From contig CAVWXH010000009.1 of assembly GCA_963758915.1 (NCBI GenBank), positions 1 through 64,000 on the forward strand: 64,000 bases of DNA, written 5' to 3'. Under the pieces are notes generated by a model, which was not told the origin of the DNA, did not search any database, and worked only from the letters and a program-made list of their open reading frames with translations. Of this stretch, positions 1 through 11,225 are shown piece after piece. How positions within the stretch are numbered: the first letter of the stretch is position 1; every line of letters begins with the position of its first letter. Made by a program: the position numbers and the translations under genes. Source of the stretch: an uncultured Methanomicrobiales archaeon (GTDB taxonomy: Archaea > Halobacteriota > Methanomicrobia > Methanomicrobiales > Methanospirillaceae).

Positions 1-894
1 CACGTGTGCCTTTCGCGGGTCCGCAATAAGTACATCAACCTCAGTCGGCCGGAAATATTTCGGATCAATTTTAACAAACTTGTCGACATCTAGCCCGGAA
101 TACTCGAAGGATGCATCCACAAATTCCTGGACTGAATGGGTCTCCCCTGTCCCGACAACATAATCGTCCGCCCTGCTCTGCTGCATCATCATCCACATGC
201 ATTCTACATATTCAGGTGCGAATCCCCAGTCACGCTTCGCCTCAAGGTTCCCAAGATACAGATATTTGTCCTTTTTTGCCAGGAGCCGTGCAATACTCCG
301 GGTGATCTTCCTTGTTACAAATGTTTCTCCCCGGCGAGGGGATTCATGGTTGAAAAGGATCCCGTTGGAAGCAAACATCTGGTACCCGTCACGGTAATTC
401 TTCGTCATCCAGTAGGCATACAGCTTGGCACAGGCATACGGGCTCCGGGGCTGAAAATTAGTCTCTTCGTTCTGTGGAGGACATGCAGAACCATACAGTT
501 CACTGCTCGAGGCCTGGTAAAATTTTACCTCGTTGTTGCTACGGCGTGCAGCTTCGAGAATCCTGGTTGTCCCCAGGCCGGTTACATTTCCGGTATATTC
601 CGGGGTGTCGAAACTGACCCTGACATGGCTCTGGGCACCAAGGTTATAGATTTCATCGGGCCGGATATTGTACATTATGGAAGAGAGTTGTTCAGAATCA
701 GACAGGTCACCATAATGCAGGAAGATCTTTGCCTCAGGGTCATGGGGGTCGAGAAGGATATGGTCAATCCTGCCAGTGTTGAATGAGGAGGACCTCCTGA
801 CCAGCCCATGCACTTCGTACCCTTTTGACAGGAGAAGTTCGGCGAGATAAGACCCGTCCTGTCCTGTTATACCTGTAATTAATGCCTTCTTCAT
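1..894 (-). CDS. gmd: GDP-mannose 4,6-dehydratase (runs off window edge, 3' part missing)
   Basis: Manual translation from ATG at 894: [46 protein letters not shown], the classic Gmd N-terminus; not in the ORF track. Confidence 0.95.
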   Translation of the reverse strand, partial: MKKALITGITGQDGSYLAELLLSKGYEVHGLVRRSSSFNTGRIDHILLDPHDPEAKIFLHYGDLSDSEQLSSIMYNIRPDEIYNLGAQSHVRVSFDTPEYTGNVTGLGTTRILEAARRSNNEVKFYQASSSELYGSACPPQNEETNFQPRSPYACAKLYAYWMTKNYRDGYQMFASNGILFNHESPRRGETFVTRKITRSIARLLAKKDKYLYLGNLEAKRDWGFAPEYVECMWMMMQQSRADDYVVGTGETHSVQEFVDASFEYSGLDVDKFVKIDPKYFRPTEVDVLIADPRKAHV

Positions 895-1226
895 CGGATG
901 TCACCGGAATAGTTACTCATATATGAGATTTGAAACATATCAAACCTCCATCTGTGGATTGATCATGGCGGTTCAGAATGCCTCTGGTGGAAGAATTGCT
1001 GTAGTATTTTTTTAACCTCATTCGGGGAATACCTGGCTGAAAAACCGCTTTCTTTTCATTCAGATTTTGATCGGTTTTTACAATGCAAATGCTCCAGACC
1101 CAAACGATCATATTGTCCGGGGTCTTGGGGGGAGTTCGCGGACCATAGTTAAAATCTGGCCTGATAAGTATCCATAACAAAAAATAGTGATGAGTCTGAT
1201 ATAACGATGATATTACCGTTTTCATC

Positions 1227-1240
1227 GGCTTTGTTGAAAT
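1227..1240 (+). repeat. Solo terminal-inverted-repeat copy (GGCTTTGTTGAAAT) of the MITE-like family
   Basis: Matches the TIR consensus at 18609, 48174 and 53130. Confidence 0.5.
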
Positions 1241-1616
1241 TCTTAAAGTTATAAACAAGTTGGTATTCGCCAGAATACGGCAATATTCAGGGCTTTTATC
1301 AGCCTAAAGCGGGGTTAGATTACCTATTCAATACCAATATATGCCTGCCATTTCTGATGAGCATCAACGTGGAACTGAAGGGGGCGGATTATTCGTTATT
1401 TCTAAATATCCTGCATTTTGCGTATATTCCCTCATATCCTCAGAATAAAGCCGGATTATCAGTAAATACCCCCATATTATCGTTTATTTTATTGTTCTGA
1501 AAGCAGGTAATCATTTTTCGGATAAAATCATCCATTGAATGGAGTCTGCTGCTATTACGGCTATTCTGAGAAATTAGGGGTTTAATCTCGTTTAAATGAT
1601 CTTCCAGATTTTCAGG

Positions 1617-2341
1617 TTAGTGTCTATCGCTACACCTGATAACAACCAGTTCTTCTGTAAATACCTGCCTCCTTTCAACAATTTCCACCCTGTATCCTGC
1701 ACCTTCAAAAATATCGAGGGTAGCGTCTATCCCGGTGAGAGATGAGATAAGCAGGAGTATCCGTCCACCTGAGCCAGACCTTCCAGCCTGATTGCAAGCC
1801 GTTCATAAGCACCTGCCTCCTTGCAACGATTTCCACCCGGTATCCTGCACTTTTAAAACGATCAATTGTTGTGTTTATCCCGGTGAGAGAGGAGATAAGC
1901 AGGAGGACCCTTCCACTCTGGAGCAAGGACTCTTCCAACCTCCCTGGCAAACCGTTCAATAACCGCCCGCCCATCCACTCCCACCATCCAGGGCATATTC
2001 CAGCCAGTCATCAATCTTTTCCTCATCGACGGGTCGGCAGGTAAGGGGGATTAAAGATAACAAGGTCAAACGGACCGCGAAGCCCATCTGCAAGGTCAGT
2101 CCTTACGACTTCCACACCCTTCTGTTTCGCTGCACATACCGCGTGGGGATTGATATCGGTCGCAATGACATCTGCAACTTCTTTAAGCGCAGCTGCAATG
2201 TACCCACTCCCGGTCCCGATTTCCAGTACCCTTATCACCAGGCCGGATTTCTTTGAGTGCAGCCTCAAGAAGAAGATACGTGTCCGCTTCAGGAGAATAG
2301 ACCTGTTTAGGATCGTAGATACCATTCCAGTCCGGTTTCAT
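1617..2341 (-). pseudogene. HemK2/PrmC-like SAM-dependent methyltransferase, broken by several frameshifts and a 148-bp internal tandem duplication (pseudogene or assembly error)
   Basis: Motifs lie in different frames: VYSPEADTYLLL / VLEIGTGSG...FNPPYLP / DWLEYALDGG / LLISSLTG; the last segment is present twice. Confidence 0.8.
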
Positions 2342-2398
2342 AGGGGGTTACCAGAATTACGTAACTGTACTATCAAATTTCGTTCAGATTAAAATTGT

Positions 2399-3217
2399 TC
2401 AGACGAATCCAATAAAGGATCTATTGAACAACCCTTGTTCTATTGATATTCCGTCACCCATATTCGTAATCGTCGCAAAATCCTCAAGATACAGTTCTTC
2501 AGGCCGGGATGCCAGTATTTCCCCGGGGAGGGCAGATATCAGGTACTCTACCATATTCTTATCAAGCATCCCGGATGAGACCTTCAGGCAATTCCTGATT
2601 GTCTTTCTCCGGTGCGAAAATAATGCGCGTACCACATCCGCATACAACATTCTGTCCTGGATTGGAAAAATTGGCTCACGGGGATGAATCTTCACCACCA
2701 TCGACCTGACCTGTGGCGGCGGGGAGAAACTCTTTGGAGACAACTCAAAGCATCGCTCGACGCAGGCATACGTCTGGACCATAACAGACAACCTCCCACA
2801 TTCAGGAGTCCCGACAGGTGCAAGCATCCGTTGTGCAAACTCACTCTGGTACATCAGTACCGCAGTCTCAAATCCTGTAGCAAGGAGACGGAAGGTAATT
2901 TTTGATGATGCTGAATACGGGAGGTTTGATATGACAATATCAAACGGTGGGAATTCACATTTTGTGGCATCGCCACGAACTAATTCAAATTTTCCCAGGG
3001 AAATATCCTCTTCAAACTCCCCGGAAAGAAAAGAAAACAGTTCGTTGTCGAGCTCTATTGCCCGGACATGTGCTCCACGGGAAAGGATAGCCCTGGTAAG
3101 GAGGCCGGTACCAGGTCCAATTTCAAGGACAATCCGGCCTTCTACCTCAACAAGCCCTGCAATGCGCTCAACGGCATTCTGGTCGACCAGGAAATGCTGG
3201 TCTTTTGGGGCCTTCAT
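2399..3217 (-). CDS. rsmA: 16S rRNA adenine dimethyltransferase KsgA/RsmA
   Basis: DQHFL, VLEIGPGTG, SNLPY and FSHRRK motifs; conserved context. Confidence 0.95.
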   Translation of the reverse strand: MKAPKDQHFLVDQNAVERIAGLVEVEGRIVLEIGPGTGLLTRAILSRGAHVRAIELDNELFSFLSGEFEEDISLGKFELVRGDATKCEFPPFDIVISNLPYSASSKITFRLLATGFETAVLMYQSEFAQRMLAPVGTPECGRLSVMVQTYACVERCFELSPKSFSPPPQVRSMVVKIHPREPIFPIQDRMLYADVVRALFSHRRKTIRNCLKVSSGMLDKNMVEYLISALPGEILASRPEELYLEDFATITNMGDGISIEQGLFNRSFIGFV

Positions 3218-3774
3218 TTCGAGGTGAACACGTGGTACTTGATATCAGGGTCCTCGAGCTCTTCCATGATCCGTGCGATAACCATTTTTTCCGGGTGCGG
3301 GATCGACTTTATCCTTGCACTGATATCTGCAAAGCTTTCAAACGGTTTCTTCTCACGGGCTTCAAGTATCTCCCACATCAGCTTCTTCCCGATACCAGGG
3401 AGCAGGTGGAGCATATGGAGCTTCGGGCTGATAGATATTGACTTGTTAAAGAACTGGACATAATCTGCCTCATGCTCTTTTACCAGCTGTTCGATGACAA
3501 ACGGTAATTCAAGACGTGCCGTCTGGGTGAGTTCGTGATAGCTGATCCGGCGTTTTACCCGCTCGATCTTGTCACGTTCGCCGTCACCGATGTAGACCTG
3601 GTCATGGATCTGGATCTCAATCTTTTTCGGGACAAGTTCGAGGAGCTTGAACTGTTCAATTCCAATGGCCTGAATAACGGGCTCGCGTTTGAAAACAGGG
3701 CGGGGATCCTCAGGATGGCCCTTCAGGAGCACATCGAGTACTAATGCATTGATCTCCTTTTTGTCAGCCTTCAT
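3214..3774 (-). CDS. DUF655 putative RNA-binding protein
   Basis: HhH-like LLPGIGKK and FESFADI; conserved position between rpoF and rsmA. Confidence 0.9.
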   Translation of the reverse strand: MKADKKEINALVLDVLLKGHPEDPRPVFKREPVIQAIGIEQFKLLELVPKKIEIQIHDQVYIGDGERDKIERVKRRISYHELTQTARLELPFVIEQLVKEHEADYVQFFNKSISISPKLHMLHLLPGIGKKLMWEILEAREKKPFESFADISARIKSIPHPEKMVIARIMEELEDPDIKYHVFTSK

Positions 3775-3783
3775 GATCCCCCC

Positions 3784-4134
3784 TCAGAAATGGGTTTTTA
3801 CGAGATTGATGATTGTTTCGAGTTCTTCAGTGGATAACGAGTATTTTTCCTTCGCATAAATGGCACGCAGTTCATCACGGGTGCGGGGCATGATGTTCGC
3901 GATACGAAACGCGATATCAGGTTTCATCTTGTCCAGTTTCAGGAGTGCCCCGACTAACTCCCTCGACTTTGTTGCATCAGTCCTGGAAAGGGTGTTGGCA
4001 TGCTCAATGCTCTTCCGGAGTTCATAGGGCATCTCCTTACCAGATTCCAGGCGCTGGCCTTCCATCGCCTGTAACTGCTCGCGGAGTTCCGGTAAGGTGA
4101 TCCGCTCCTCGCTCACGATTGCTTTTACTTTCAT
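3784..4134 (-). CDS. rpoF: RNA polymerase subunit F (Rpo4)
   Basis: IANIMPRTRDELRAI motif; size and context. Confidence 0.9.
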   Translation of the reverse strand: MKVKAIVSEERITLPELREQLQAMEGQRLESGKEMPYELRKSIEHANTLSRTDATKSRELVGALLKLDKMKPDIAFRIANIMPRTRDELRAIYAKEKYSLSTEELETIINLVKTHF

Positions 4135-4155
4135 GCCGGCTACCTGATGGGTTAT

Positions 4156-4446
4156 TTACCTCTGTGCTTTTAGATGTTGCGATCTCGCAATTACGACCTT
4201 ATCTGCGTTTCCGTCACGGATCTCGAGGACCCATGCACGGCCGCGCTTGCCGAGGACTGTTCCGGTCTTCCCGTGGAACCGCCGGTGAGGCATCCCTTTC
4301 TGGATGCTCGACTCGCAGACCACATGTACCTTTTCTCCAATCTCGAACTGCTGGATAACCGAGGTCACCGGGCATATGCCGCGTTTTCTCAGGTCCTTCT
4401 TAAATTTATACCGTGTCTTCTTTCGTGGGCCGTTGTGATGTGCCAT
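4156..4446 (-). CDS. rpl21e: 50S ribosomal protein L21e
   Basis: GMPHRRFHGKTG motif. Confidence 0.97.
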   Translation of the reverse strand: MAHHNGPRKKTRYKFKKDLRKRGICPVTSVIQQFEIGEKVHVVCESSIQKGMPHRRFHGKTGTVLGKRGRAWVLEIRDGNADKVVIARSQHLKAQR

Positions 4447-5731
4447 CTTCTTTCACCTCATCTGTTCCTTCCACCTGCACGACATCAAGGGTTTCCACCC
4501 GTGCAGGCATGCCGAGGACCTCGGTCAGGCTCGGGTGCGTCCTGTCATTATCGCCGGATATGAGTTCTTTGATATAGAGGCCTGCTTCGCCGGTCACCTC
4601 GATGACAAACCGGCCTTCCTCTGTACCTATGTACTCGATAGCGAGGACACGACGTTCCCGGACCTTGTCAGCTCGTCTATGAGCAACCCGTTCCGGGGTG
4701 CGCTGAAATATTGTGGCTCCTGAAATAGTGGAGAGCGCTAATGAAAGGCTCTCAACCGTAACAGTACCGTCTACCTCGACCAGGATCCTGTATTTTTTAT
4801 GCGCTTTGTTCGATTTAATGGTTTCCACGTCGTCCCGTCCACACCAGCGTGACAACGTGACAGCAACCCTGCCCTGTGCAGACTCGTTGATGAGAGCTTC
4901 AAGAGCCGCAAGATCCACCGACCTCTTTTTAGGTGATTCGATCTCAAGGACAAATGGCCTCCCTGTGCCAATCATCCGTGCATCAATATCCTCCCGCCCG
5001 GACCCGTGCAGGACCGCCCCCGTACCACCCAGGGCCTCGGCAGCCGGCCTTCCTATCAGTTCCTCGACAGAGTCCTGGTACTGCTTTCCCGTGAAGTCAC
5101 ATCGTTCACACCCGGCCCCACGGCATTCACGGCAGTCCCAGTGAGTCTGGGGGATCCCACGCTCATATTTCATGTACCGTCCGGCAACGAACACCGGATG
5201 TACTTTGAGTTCCACGATATCCCCTGAAAGGTCGAGGATGAAGACAATATCAGGGTGGACCAGGTCGGCCTTTTTGCCTGTCAGTTTCCCGATCTGTTTG
5301 CCGACTTCCCGGTTCATTTCTGATTTCAGGGGTTCAGGATCAGACAGGGAGAGATCGCTCCAGACCATCTCCTCGCTCTCTGCAATAAGCGGGGGGACTC
5401 TTGTACCAACAAGGAAACTTGAAAATTCAATACCTGAAACGGCCAGAACAGCCCGCGCGGCCCATTCACCAATACGCCGGAACTCGTCATTGCAGATCCA
5501 GCAGTTGTTCGTATGCCCGGTAAACGGGACATTCATCTGAAGGGCCCGGGCAACCCGGAGTCCACTGCCTCGTGCTTCATTGGTGATCCCAAACGAGCGT
5601 TTCCCGAAAAACCGGCCGAGACAATGATCACAGATCTCCCCGTATCCGAGGATCTCCCCTGCTTTTTCTAATAATTCTGGTCCCGGGGATGGAACATTGC
5701 AACTCTTACCCCCATTTTCTTGTTCCTTCAT
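4406..5731 (-). CDS. pus10: tRNA pseudouridine(54/55) synthase Pus10
   Basis: CDHCLGR, HGSGREDIDARM and GLYIKELISGD motifs. Confidence 0.95.
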   Translation of the reverse strand: MKEQENGGKSCNVPSPGPELLEKAGEILGYGEICDHCLGRFFGKRSFGITNEARGSGLRVARALQMNVPFTGHTNNCWICNDEFRRIGEWAARAVLAVSGIEFSSFLVGTRVPPLIAESEEMVWSDLSLSDPEPLKSEMNREVGKQIGKLTGKKADLVHPDIVFILDLSGDIVELKVHPVFVAGRYMKYERGIPQTHWDCRECRGAGCERCDFTGKQYQDSVEELIGRPAAEALGGTGAVLHGSGREDIDARMIGTGRPFVLEIESPKKRSVDLAALEALINESAQGRVAVTLSRWCGRDDVETIKSNKAHKKYRILVEVDGTVTVESLSLALSTISGATIFQRTPERVAHRRADKVRERRVLAIEYIGTEEGRFVIEVTGEAGLYIKELISGDNDRTHPSLTEVLGMPARVETLDVVQVEGTDEVKEDGTSQRPTKEDTV

Positions 5732-6039
5732 GTGCAGGTATCTCCAGGTAGTGATATCGTGATGATTATCGGTTTATCGATGATCCTTATCGTTTCGCTA
5801 TACTGAATTGACGTATGGTGTAATAAGGGGATGGAGTCTGGCAACACTGCAACAATATCACCTGTCAAAGAAGGGATTTCAACCTGACCCGGTATTAATT
5901 TCGAACGTACCTAGTCCGTGAGAGTGACTAGGTAGCGCTTTGGACATCAGTTTGAGAATTATCCCGGTTCTTTGAGATTTTCTGAATTCTAACTGCATAT
6001 TTACATTTACTGAAATTGGTGATGTTTTTGAACCTTGTC

Positions 6040-6283
6040 AAATCTATCTTGCAGATGAGGTAATTACAAAGTTAAATCACGCTCCCGGGGCTCATGCCCC
6101 GCCGCTTTGGCGACCCCGGTTGGGATAGGGAATGAACCCAAATCTCTGAAATTTATAAGGGATTCTACAACTGAACCCTGCCTATGAATATCTTGTTGGG
6201 GGTGGGGCAGGGAGGGGGTGGAACCCCCTCCTGTCTTCCTATCACCTCTTTTTAAAAATAAAATCCGGGGTTTCAACAGAGCC
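6040..6283 (+). mobile_element. MITE-like element, module A copy
   Basis: Core TCACGCTCCCGGGGCTCATGCCCCGCCGCTTTGGCGACCCCGGTTGGGATAG, G-rich hairpin, right TIR TTTCAACAGAGCC. Confidence 0.85.
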
Positions 6284-6289
6284 CAAAAA

Positions 6290-6498
6290 AATTCACCCGC
6301 ACCGAGGGCTCCACTCCGCAGCTCTTGCAACCCTTGTTTGGATTGTGAATAGGCTGGAATATCAGAAATACAAAAAATTCTTTCTGGTGGACCCTGCCTG
6401 AAAGTGGTATTAATGGAAGATAGCAGAGAGGAGAGAAATCCCCACCTACCCTGGTAGTTCCGCTTCATTTTTTATGTCACACAGGAAGTCAAAACACC
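6290..6498 (+). mobile_element. Degenerate tandem module A copy
   Basis: Collinear remnants (GGGCTCCAC, CCCTTGTTTGGAT, ACCCTGCC, TTTTTATGTCACAC). Confidence 0.5.
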
Positions 6499-6540
6499 AC
6501 AATAGCATAACAGCCGGTTATCTGTAGAATTTCTGAACCA

Positions 6541-7116
6541 TCATTGTACCGCACCCCGGCGGTCCAGGATATTCAGCAGCACGGTAATGGTATGGTCTGC
6601 ATGGAGAATTTTCGGGCCTACGCAATATCTTGGGCAATTGCTTGTCAGTTCCAGTTCTTCGGGTGTGAAATCCAGGTGGTCAGAGAGGAGAAATGCTTCG
6701 GGAAATGAGGTCTCCATCCTGATATCTTCCCCGCCTTCATCAAGCACGGCAAAGGTATGCTCTCCAAGGAGGCGTGAAAGCCCGCCACGGCGCACGTAGA
6801 CTCCCCTCGTCGATTCGCGGAACTCTTCTCCCACCGGGATCTCCAGGGCCTTTTTAATCAGGGCACCGGCACTCCGTTCGTCCGGGTTTAAGGACCTGAC
6901 CTTTTCACCGGAGAACATAATCGTCTTTGGTGCGTCAGTACCGCCGAGGAGGACAAGATAGACGGTAACATCCCTCCGAAGGTCATGGGAGAGAAACAGT
7001 GAGGTATTCACCGAGCGGCAGAGGACATCCATCCTGCCTGCGCCCCCCGGCATATCATTGAGGTTAAAACCACCCGTGGTAGCAGCGAGGTGGCCGATGA
7101 TGGCAAAAACAGCCAT
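6541..7116 (-). CDS. trmY: tRNA (pseudouridine54-N1)-methyltransferase TrmY
   Basis: GRMDVLCR, SHDLRRD, PDERS and LSDH SPOUT motifs. Confidence 0.93.
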   Translation of the reverse strand: MAVFAIIGHLAATTGGFNLNDMPGGAGRMDVLCRSVNTSLFLSHDLRRDVTVYLVLLGGTDAPKTIMFSGEKVRSLNPDERSAGALIKKALEIPVGEEFRESTRGVYVRRGGLSRLLGEHTFAVLDEGGEDIRMETSFPEAFLLSDHLDFTPEELELTSNCPRYCVGPKILHADHTITVLLNILDRRGAVQ

Positions 7117-7120
7117 AGAG

Positions 7121-8437
7121 TTATCCACTAAAACGCTTCATCATGCGCTGCATATCGAATTTTCCGCCACCCCCGCGGACTCCCTTGAGCGCACGTTTCA
7201 TCGTTTTATAATACTTGATCAGCTCTCTTACCTCTTCGGGAGATGCCCCGGCACCATGCGCCACCCGCTGGATCCGTGAAGAGCTGATCAACCCGGGGTC
7301 ATCCAGCTCGGCACCCGTCATCGAGTCCATGATAATCCGGTAACGGTTCATCTTGGTGCTGGTGACATCGTAGACCCCTTCAGGGACCTTCATATTCCCG
7401 AGCGGGAGCATGCTCATGATCTGCTTGAGAGGTCCCATTTTATTGAGCGATTCGAGCTGCTTGTACATGTCGCGGAGGGTGAATTTTCCCCGCATCATTG
7501 CGTTGACATCAATATCGCTGGTGGCAATCGTCTCTTCGGCCCGCTCAACAAGAGCTCGTAAGTCACCCATGCCAAGGAGCCGGGAGATGAAACCATCGGG
7601 ATCAAACCGTTCGAGGTCATCAATCGTTTCACCACTACCGATGAAAACTATACCGCTTTTCGTCTCTGAAACGGCAGAAAGGGCCCCACCCCCTTTTGCA
7701 GTCCCGTCCATCTTGGTAATTATTACGCCATCAATCGCGATCGCTTCATGGAACCGGCGCGCCTGCTCGCTGGCCTGCTGTCCGAGTGCGGCATCGATCA
7801 CAAGCCACCGGTGTGTCGCTTTTGAGATCGTGTTGATATCGATGATCTCCTGTATCAGGTCAGTTTCAAGCGCGTGCCGGCCCTGGGTATCGATGATAAC
7901 GACCTCAAGACCTGACATCGAGGGGAGACCATCCCGTACAATCTTTAGTGCGTCCTTTTCTTCCGGGCCACCGAAGCAGGGGATATTGATCTTTGCACAG
8001 AGTGTTGAGATCTGTTCGTAGGCACCCGGGCGGAAGGTATCTGCGCAGATTACACCGACACGGAGCCCTTTTCGCTGGAAGTACCGGGCGAGTTTGGCAG
8101 TCGTAGTGGTTTTACCGCTCCCCTGCAGTCCTGCCATGAGAATTGTCTGGGTCCCGAGCGTTACCTCGCCGCCGTCCCCCATCAGGCTGACAAGTTCCTG
8201 GTATACGATCCGGAGCACGTGCTCCCTGACATTTACCCCTTTCGGGAGTTCCTCTTCGAGCGAACGCCTCTTTATAGCGTTCGAGAGGCCCATGACCAGC
8301 TTGACATTAACATCCGACTGGAGGAGTGCCCGCTGGAGGTCCTTGACCAGCTCCTCAACTGCCGCGCGGTCTACAACCGTTTTCCCCGCGAGTTTTTTCA
8401 GGGCATCCTTTAAGGAAGACCCGAGTTTGTCAAGCAT
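7121..8437 (-). CDS. srp54: Signal recognition particle protein SRP54
   Basis: [15 protein letters not shown] and TKMDG GTPase motifs plus Met-rich M domain. Confidence 0.97.
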   Translation of the reverse strand: MLDKLGSSLKDALKKLAGKTVVDRAAVEELVKDLQRALLQSDVNVKLVMGLSNAIKRRSLEEELPKGVNVREHVLRIVYQELVSLMGDGGEVTLGTQTILMAGLQGSGKTTTTAKLARYFQRKGLRVGVICADTFRPGAYEQISTLCAKINIPCFGGPEEKDALKIVRDGLPSMSGLEVVIIDTQGRHALETDLIQEIIDINTISKATHRWLVIDAALGQQASEQARRFHEAIAIDGVIITKMDGTAKGGGALSAVSETKSGIVFIGSGETIDDLERFDPDGFISRLLGMGDLRALVERAEETIATSDIDVNAMMRGKFTLRDMYKQLESLNKMGPLKQIMSMLPLGNMKVPEGVYDVTSTKMNRYRIIMDSMTGAELDDPGLISSSRIQRVAHGAGASPEEVRELIKYYKTMKRALKGVRGGGGKFDMQRMMKRFSG

Positions 8438-9456
8438 CAGGCCACGTCCCCGAAGAGTTCTTCAATCACCGTAGCGGGAGAGAACGGTGCGATATCATCA
8501 TAGCCCTGTCCGGTACCGAGAAACATAAGCGGTTTTCCGATCGTATGGGCAATCGAGATTGCCGCACCGCCGCGGGGGTCCATGTCAGCCTTGGTAAGGA
8601 CCACGGCATCTGCCCCGACAGTCTTTTCGAATTCATCGGCACGGATAACCGCATCATTTCCTGCGACGGCTTCATCAACATAGACGATAAGGTCGGGTTT
8701 CATCACCCGCCTGATCTTCTCCAGCTGGTTCATCAGGTTCGCACGGTTATGAAAACGCCCTGCGGTATCTGCAAGGACGACATCGATGTTATGGGCTACC
8801 GCGTATTGGACCGTGTCAAAAAGGACTGCCGAGGGGTCTGCCCCCTGCTGGTGCTGGATTATTTTTATCCCGATACGTCTGGCATGCACATCGATCTGCT
8901 CAATGGCACCGGCCCGGAAGGTATCGCCAGCCCCGATAACAACTGAAAAGCCGTTCTTTTTAAGGAAATACCCGATTTTTGCCACCGTGGTTGTCTTCCC
9001 GGTCCCGTTAACACCGGTGAACAGGATCCTGACCGGGTGTTCATGGGTCCTGATATAATTGATCAGATCGAACCCTTCCCCGAGGACCAGGCCGAGGGCC
9101 TTTTTCAGGGCAGATAGGACAACAGTGTCAACAGGTTCACCGATTTTCCGGCGTTTACCCACCAGTTCTTTCTTTAAATTTGCAATAATTTCCTCGGTTA
9201 CAGGAAATGCAACATCATTCTCAAGAAGAACAAGTTCAAGTTCAGAGAGCGCATCACTGATATCAGCCTCGCTGATGACCAGTTCGCGGTCGACAATAAG
9301 GACTTTTACCCGGTCGACAATCCCCGTTCCGGCTGCAGGGCTTTTTCCTGCTGCAGGTACTGGTGCGGGTTGTCCCTCCCGGATTTCAGCTTCATTAATC
9401 CCGCTATCCAGTTTGTTTCTGACTTCTTTCAACCGGGATTTCAGTGTTTCAAACAT
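8437..9456 (-). CDS. ftsY: SRP receptor FtsY
   Basis: [15 protein letters not shown] and TKAD motifs. Confidence 0.97.
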   Translation of the reverse strand: MFETLKSRLKEVRNKLDSGINEAEIREGQPAPVPAAGKSPAAGTGIVDRVKVLIVDRELVISEADISDALSELELVLLENDVAFPVTEEIIANLKKELVGKRRKIGEPVDTVVLSALKKALGLVLGEGFDLINYIRTHEHPVRILFTGVNGTGKTTTVAKIGYFLKKNGFSVVIGAGDTFRAGAIEQIDVHARRIGIKIIQHQQGADPSAVLFDTVQYAVAHNIDVVLADTAGRFHNRANLMNQLEKIRRVMKPDLIVYVDEAVAGNDAVIRADEFEKTVGADAVVLTKADMDPRGGAAISIAHTIGKPLMFLGTGQGYDDIAPFSPATVIEELFGDVA

Positions 9457-9477
9457 ATTCCCGGGCTCCCGGCGTTA

Positions 9478-9939
9478 TCAGCCATGCCCAAACTGAGGTC
9501 CCGCTGCCTGGGCCTGCTGGTAACCTGCTTCGATGCGGCGTGCGATCTCGTTCATCTGTGTCCTGATACGGTCGATCGTCTCAGCAACTTTCTTACCCGA
9601 TGCCTCCATCTCGGTAATACGGTCCTGGAGATACCCGATAGCTTCAGGATTACTACGTTCTACAACTACGTCAGACCCGATATTGAGGAGCACTTTTTGT
9701 GGCTCAATAATCTTTGCCCTTACACTGGCGCCCCCGCCAAGCTGGAGCAGGACTACTTCCTCTTCGGCAGATGCACCAACTGATTTGAGCGTCTCAATTG
9801 CAGCCGTTGCTTCCATCCTGCCTTCATCGATCAACTGGAGCTGCTGTGAATAGATCTCCACCTGCTGCCCGAACTCCTGGAGGTAGCGCTGCAGTGCCTG
9901 CATTTCACGCGGGTCGACGGGCTCCACGTTATTCACCAC
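9478..9939 (-). CDS. pfdA: Prefoldin alpha subunit
   Basis: Coiled coils flanking LQLGGG...VLLNIGSDVVVE beta hairpins; context. Confidence 0.92.
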   Translation of the reverse strand: MVNNVEPVDPREMQALQRYLQEFGQQVEIYSQQLQLIDEGRMEATAAIETLKSVGASAEEEVVLLQLGGGASVRAKIIEPQKVLLNIGSDVVVERSNPEAIGYLQDRITEMEASGKKVAETIDRIRTQMNEIARRIEAGYQQAQAAGPQFGHG

Positions 9940-10120
9940 GTACTGTGTTAACAGACTCGATGGTGATATATCTTCTTTTCAGGCGGTGTTTACTTCCAAA
10001 TACGGCGAGGGTCTGTTCCCTGGCCTGTGCCTCGTTCGGTGCATTAATTACTTTCGTGTACGGCTTCCAATCGTCGCCGGTTTTAAAGGTGCCTTTCACC
10101 TCAAATGAATTTTTTTCCAT
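9929..10120 (-). CDS. rpl18a: 50S ribosomal protein L18Ae/LX
   Basis: GSKHRLKRRYITI motif. Confidence 0.92.
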   Translation of the reverse strand: MEKNSFEVKGTFKTGDDWKPYTKVINAPNEAQAREQTLAVFGSKHRLKRRYITIESVNTVRGE

Positions 10121-10123
10121 AAT

Positions 10124-10795
10124 TCACTCCAAAAATCCAAATACGTCTTCAATTCTCCCCAGCTCGAACCCGCTTGTCGCGTTCCCTGCAAGGTATCCAT
10201 GCATGTTCACAAGGAGACCGGTACCGATGATCCCGGTACCCATGTTGATTGAACCAGTACCGACAGGGATATCCACCGCATCCTCAAGGCGCTCGATCTC
10301 AGCCCTCGTACTTCTCGGGTGGACAATAATACCCTTGTTGGTCGCCACTGCGGCCATCCCTACCGTCTTGATCCCGCCAAATGTAATTTTTATCACCGGG
10401 ACTTCGAGGGCAGCCCCGATCTCTTTTACCATATCGGAAGGCATATCGGGGTGCACTGCGGCAAATGAATCATTTGCAAGGACCACGTTGCCAGCCGCGT
10501 TCATGGTGTGTTTGAGGGTGACAACATCCCGGTACTTTGCAAGTTTATCACACTCTTCCTCGGTTACGAGTCCGCTGACGATAAAAGCACGGCTGTTCCC
10601 GGCAAGAAGCGAACCGATAATGGGGCTTCCCTGGATCGTGGTCTCCAGCAGGTCCACTGACAGGGCCTTTGAAATCTGGGCCCTTAATTCTTCGGGGGTC
10701 TCGGGAGGGATCACGGCAACATCATCAAATACCCTGATAAAAACCCCTATATTGGGATCGCCTGCAAACGAGACCGTCCGTTCCATCTTACTCAC
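10124..10795 (-). CDS. eif6: Translation initiation factor 6
   Basis: [14 protein letters not shown] and [10 protein letters not shown] motifs. Confidence 0.95.
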   Translation of the reverse strand: MSKMERTVSFAGDPNIGVFIRVFDDVAVIPPETPEELRAQISKALSVDLLETTIQGSPIIGSLLAGNSRAFIVSGLVTEEECDKLAKYRDVVTLKHTMNAAGNVVLANDSFAAVHPDMPSDMVKEIGAALEVPVIKITFGGIKTVGMAAVATNKGIIVHPRSTRAEIERLEDAVDIPVGTGSINMGTGIIGTGLLVNMHGYLAGNATSGFELGRIEDVFGFLE

Positions 10796-11051
10796 CAGCG
10801 AACTCTGCCTGGACCTGTCCGTCCTCGAACTTCATCGCACGGACACGGATCTTTGCCGGGGGTTTTTCACTGCCCCGTGACCAGACATGCTCATTGATAC
10901 TCTTATCGAGTTTTACGTCCTCGCTTTTCATATGCTTTACGAGGTAGGACCGGATGTCCTTGATTGCGGTATTAGCACGCTTCCATCGTGGTGAACGCTT
11001 CACATCACGCAGGGGGATAATATAGATATGCTCCAGCATCTTGTCTGCCAT
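10788..11051 (-). CDS. rpl31e: 50S ribosomal protein L31e
   Basis: YIIPLR...INEHVWSRG motif. Confidence 0.95.
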   Translation of the reverse strand: MADKMLEHIYIIPLRDVKRSPRWKRANTAIKDIRSYLVKHMKSEDVKLDKSINEHVWSRGSEKPPAKIRVRAMKFEDGQVQAEFAGE

Positions 11052-11055
11052 GTTT

Positions 11056-11208
11056 CTACACCTTTAATGTACTTCTTCGCCAGTTCCGGCGCTTCGGGTG
11101 AGACACCACGTTACGCTTCGTCCTGATCATCACCCACTGGGGTACGCGGCGGTTCTGATCGCACGCCTTTGCCAGCCGGATCTTACGACCTTTTGATAAT
11201 TTGCTCAT
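11056..11208 (-). CDS. rpl39e: 50S ribosomal protein L39e
   Basis: Manual translation [50 protein letters not shown] (50 aa, below ORF cutoff). Confidence 0.95.
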   Translation of the reverse strand: MSKLSKGRKIRLAKACDQNRRVPQWVMIRTKRNVVSHPKRRNWRRSTLKV

Positions 11209-11225
11209 TACTCATTCACCTTTTT

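Noticed and set aside
136-786. 216-aa plus-strand ORF
   Set aside because: Antisense shadow of gmd, which has clear motifs on the minus strand
6064-6468. Short ORFs inside the repeats (also 36254-36484, 49481-49663, 38274-38492, 13503-13703)
   Set aside because: Frames are not conserved among copies and show no transposase similarity
6508-6522. TAACA-GCC-GGTTA palindrome resembling the HSR1-like operator
   Set aside because: Located at the 3' end of trmY with no adjacent TATA box or gene start
9798-10880. 360-aa plus-strand ORF and similar long antisense ORFs (34827-35870, 26151-26861, 11169-11879)
   Set aside because: Shadows of well-identified genes on the opposite strand
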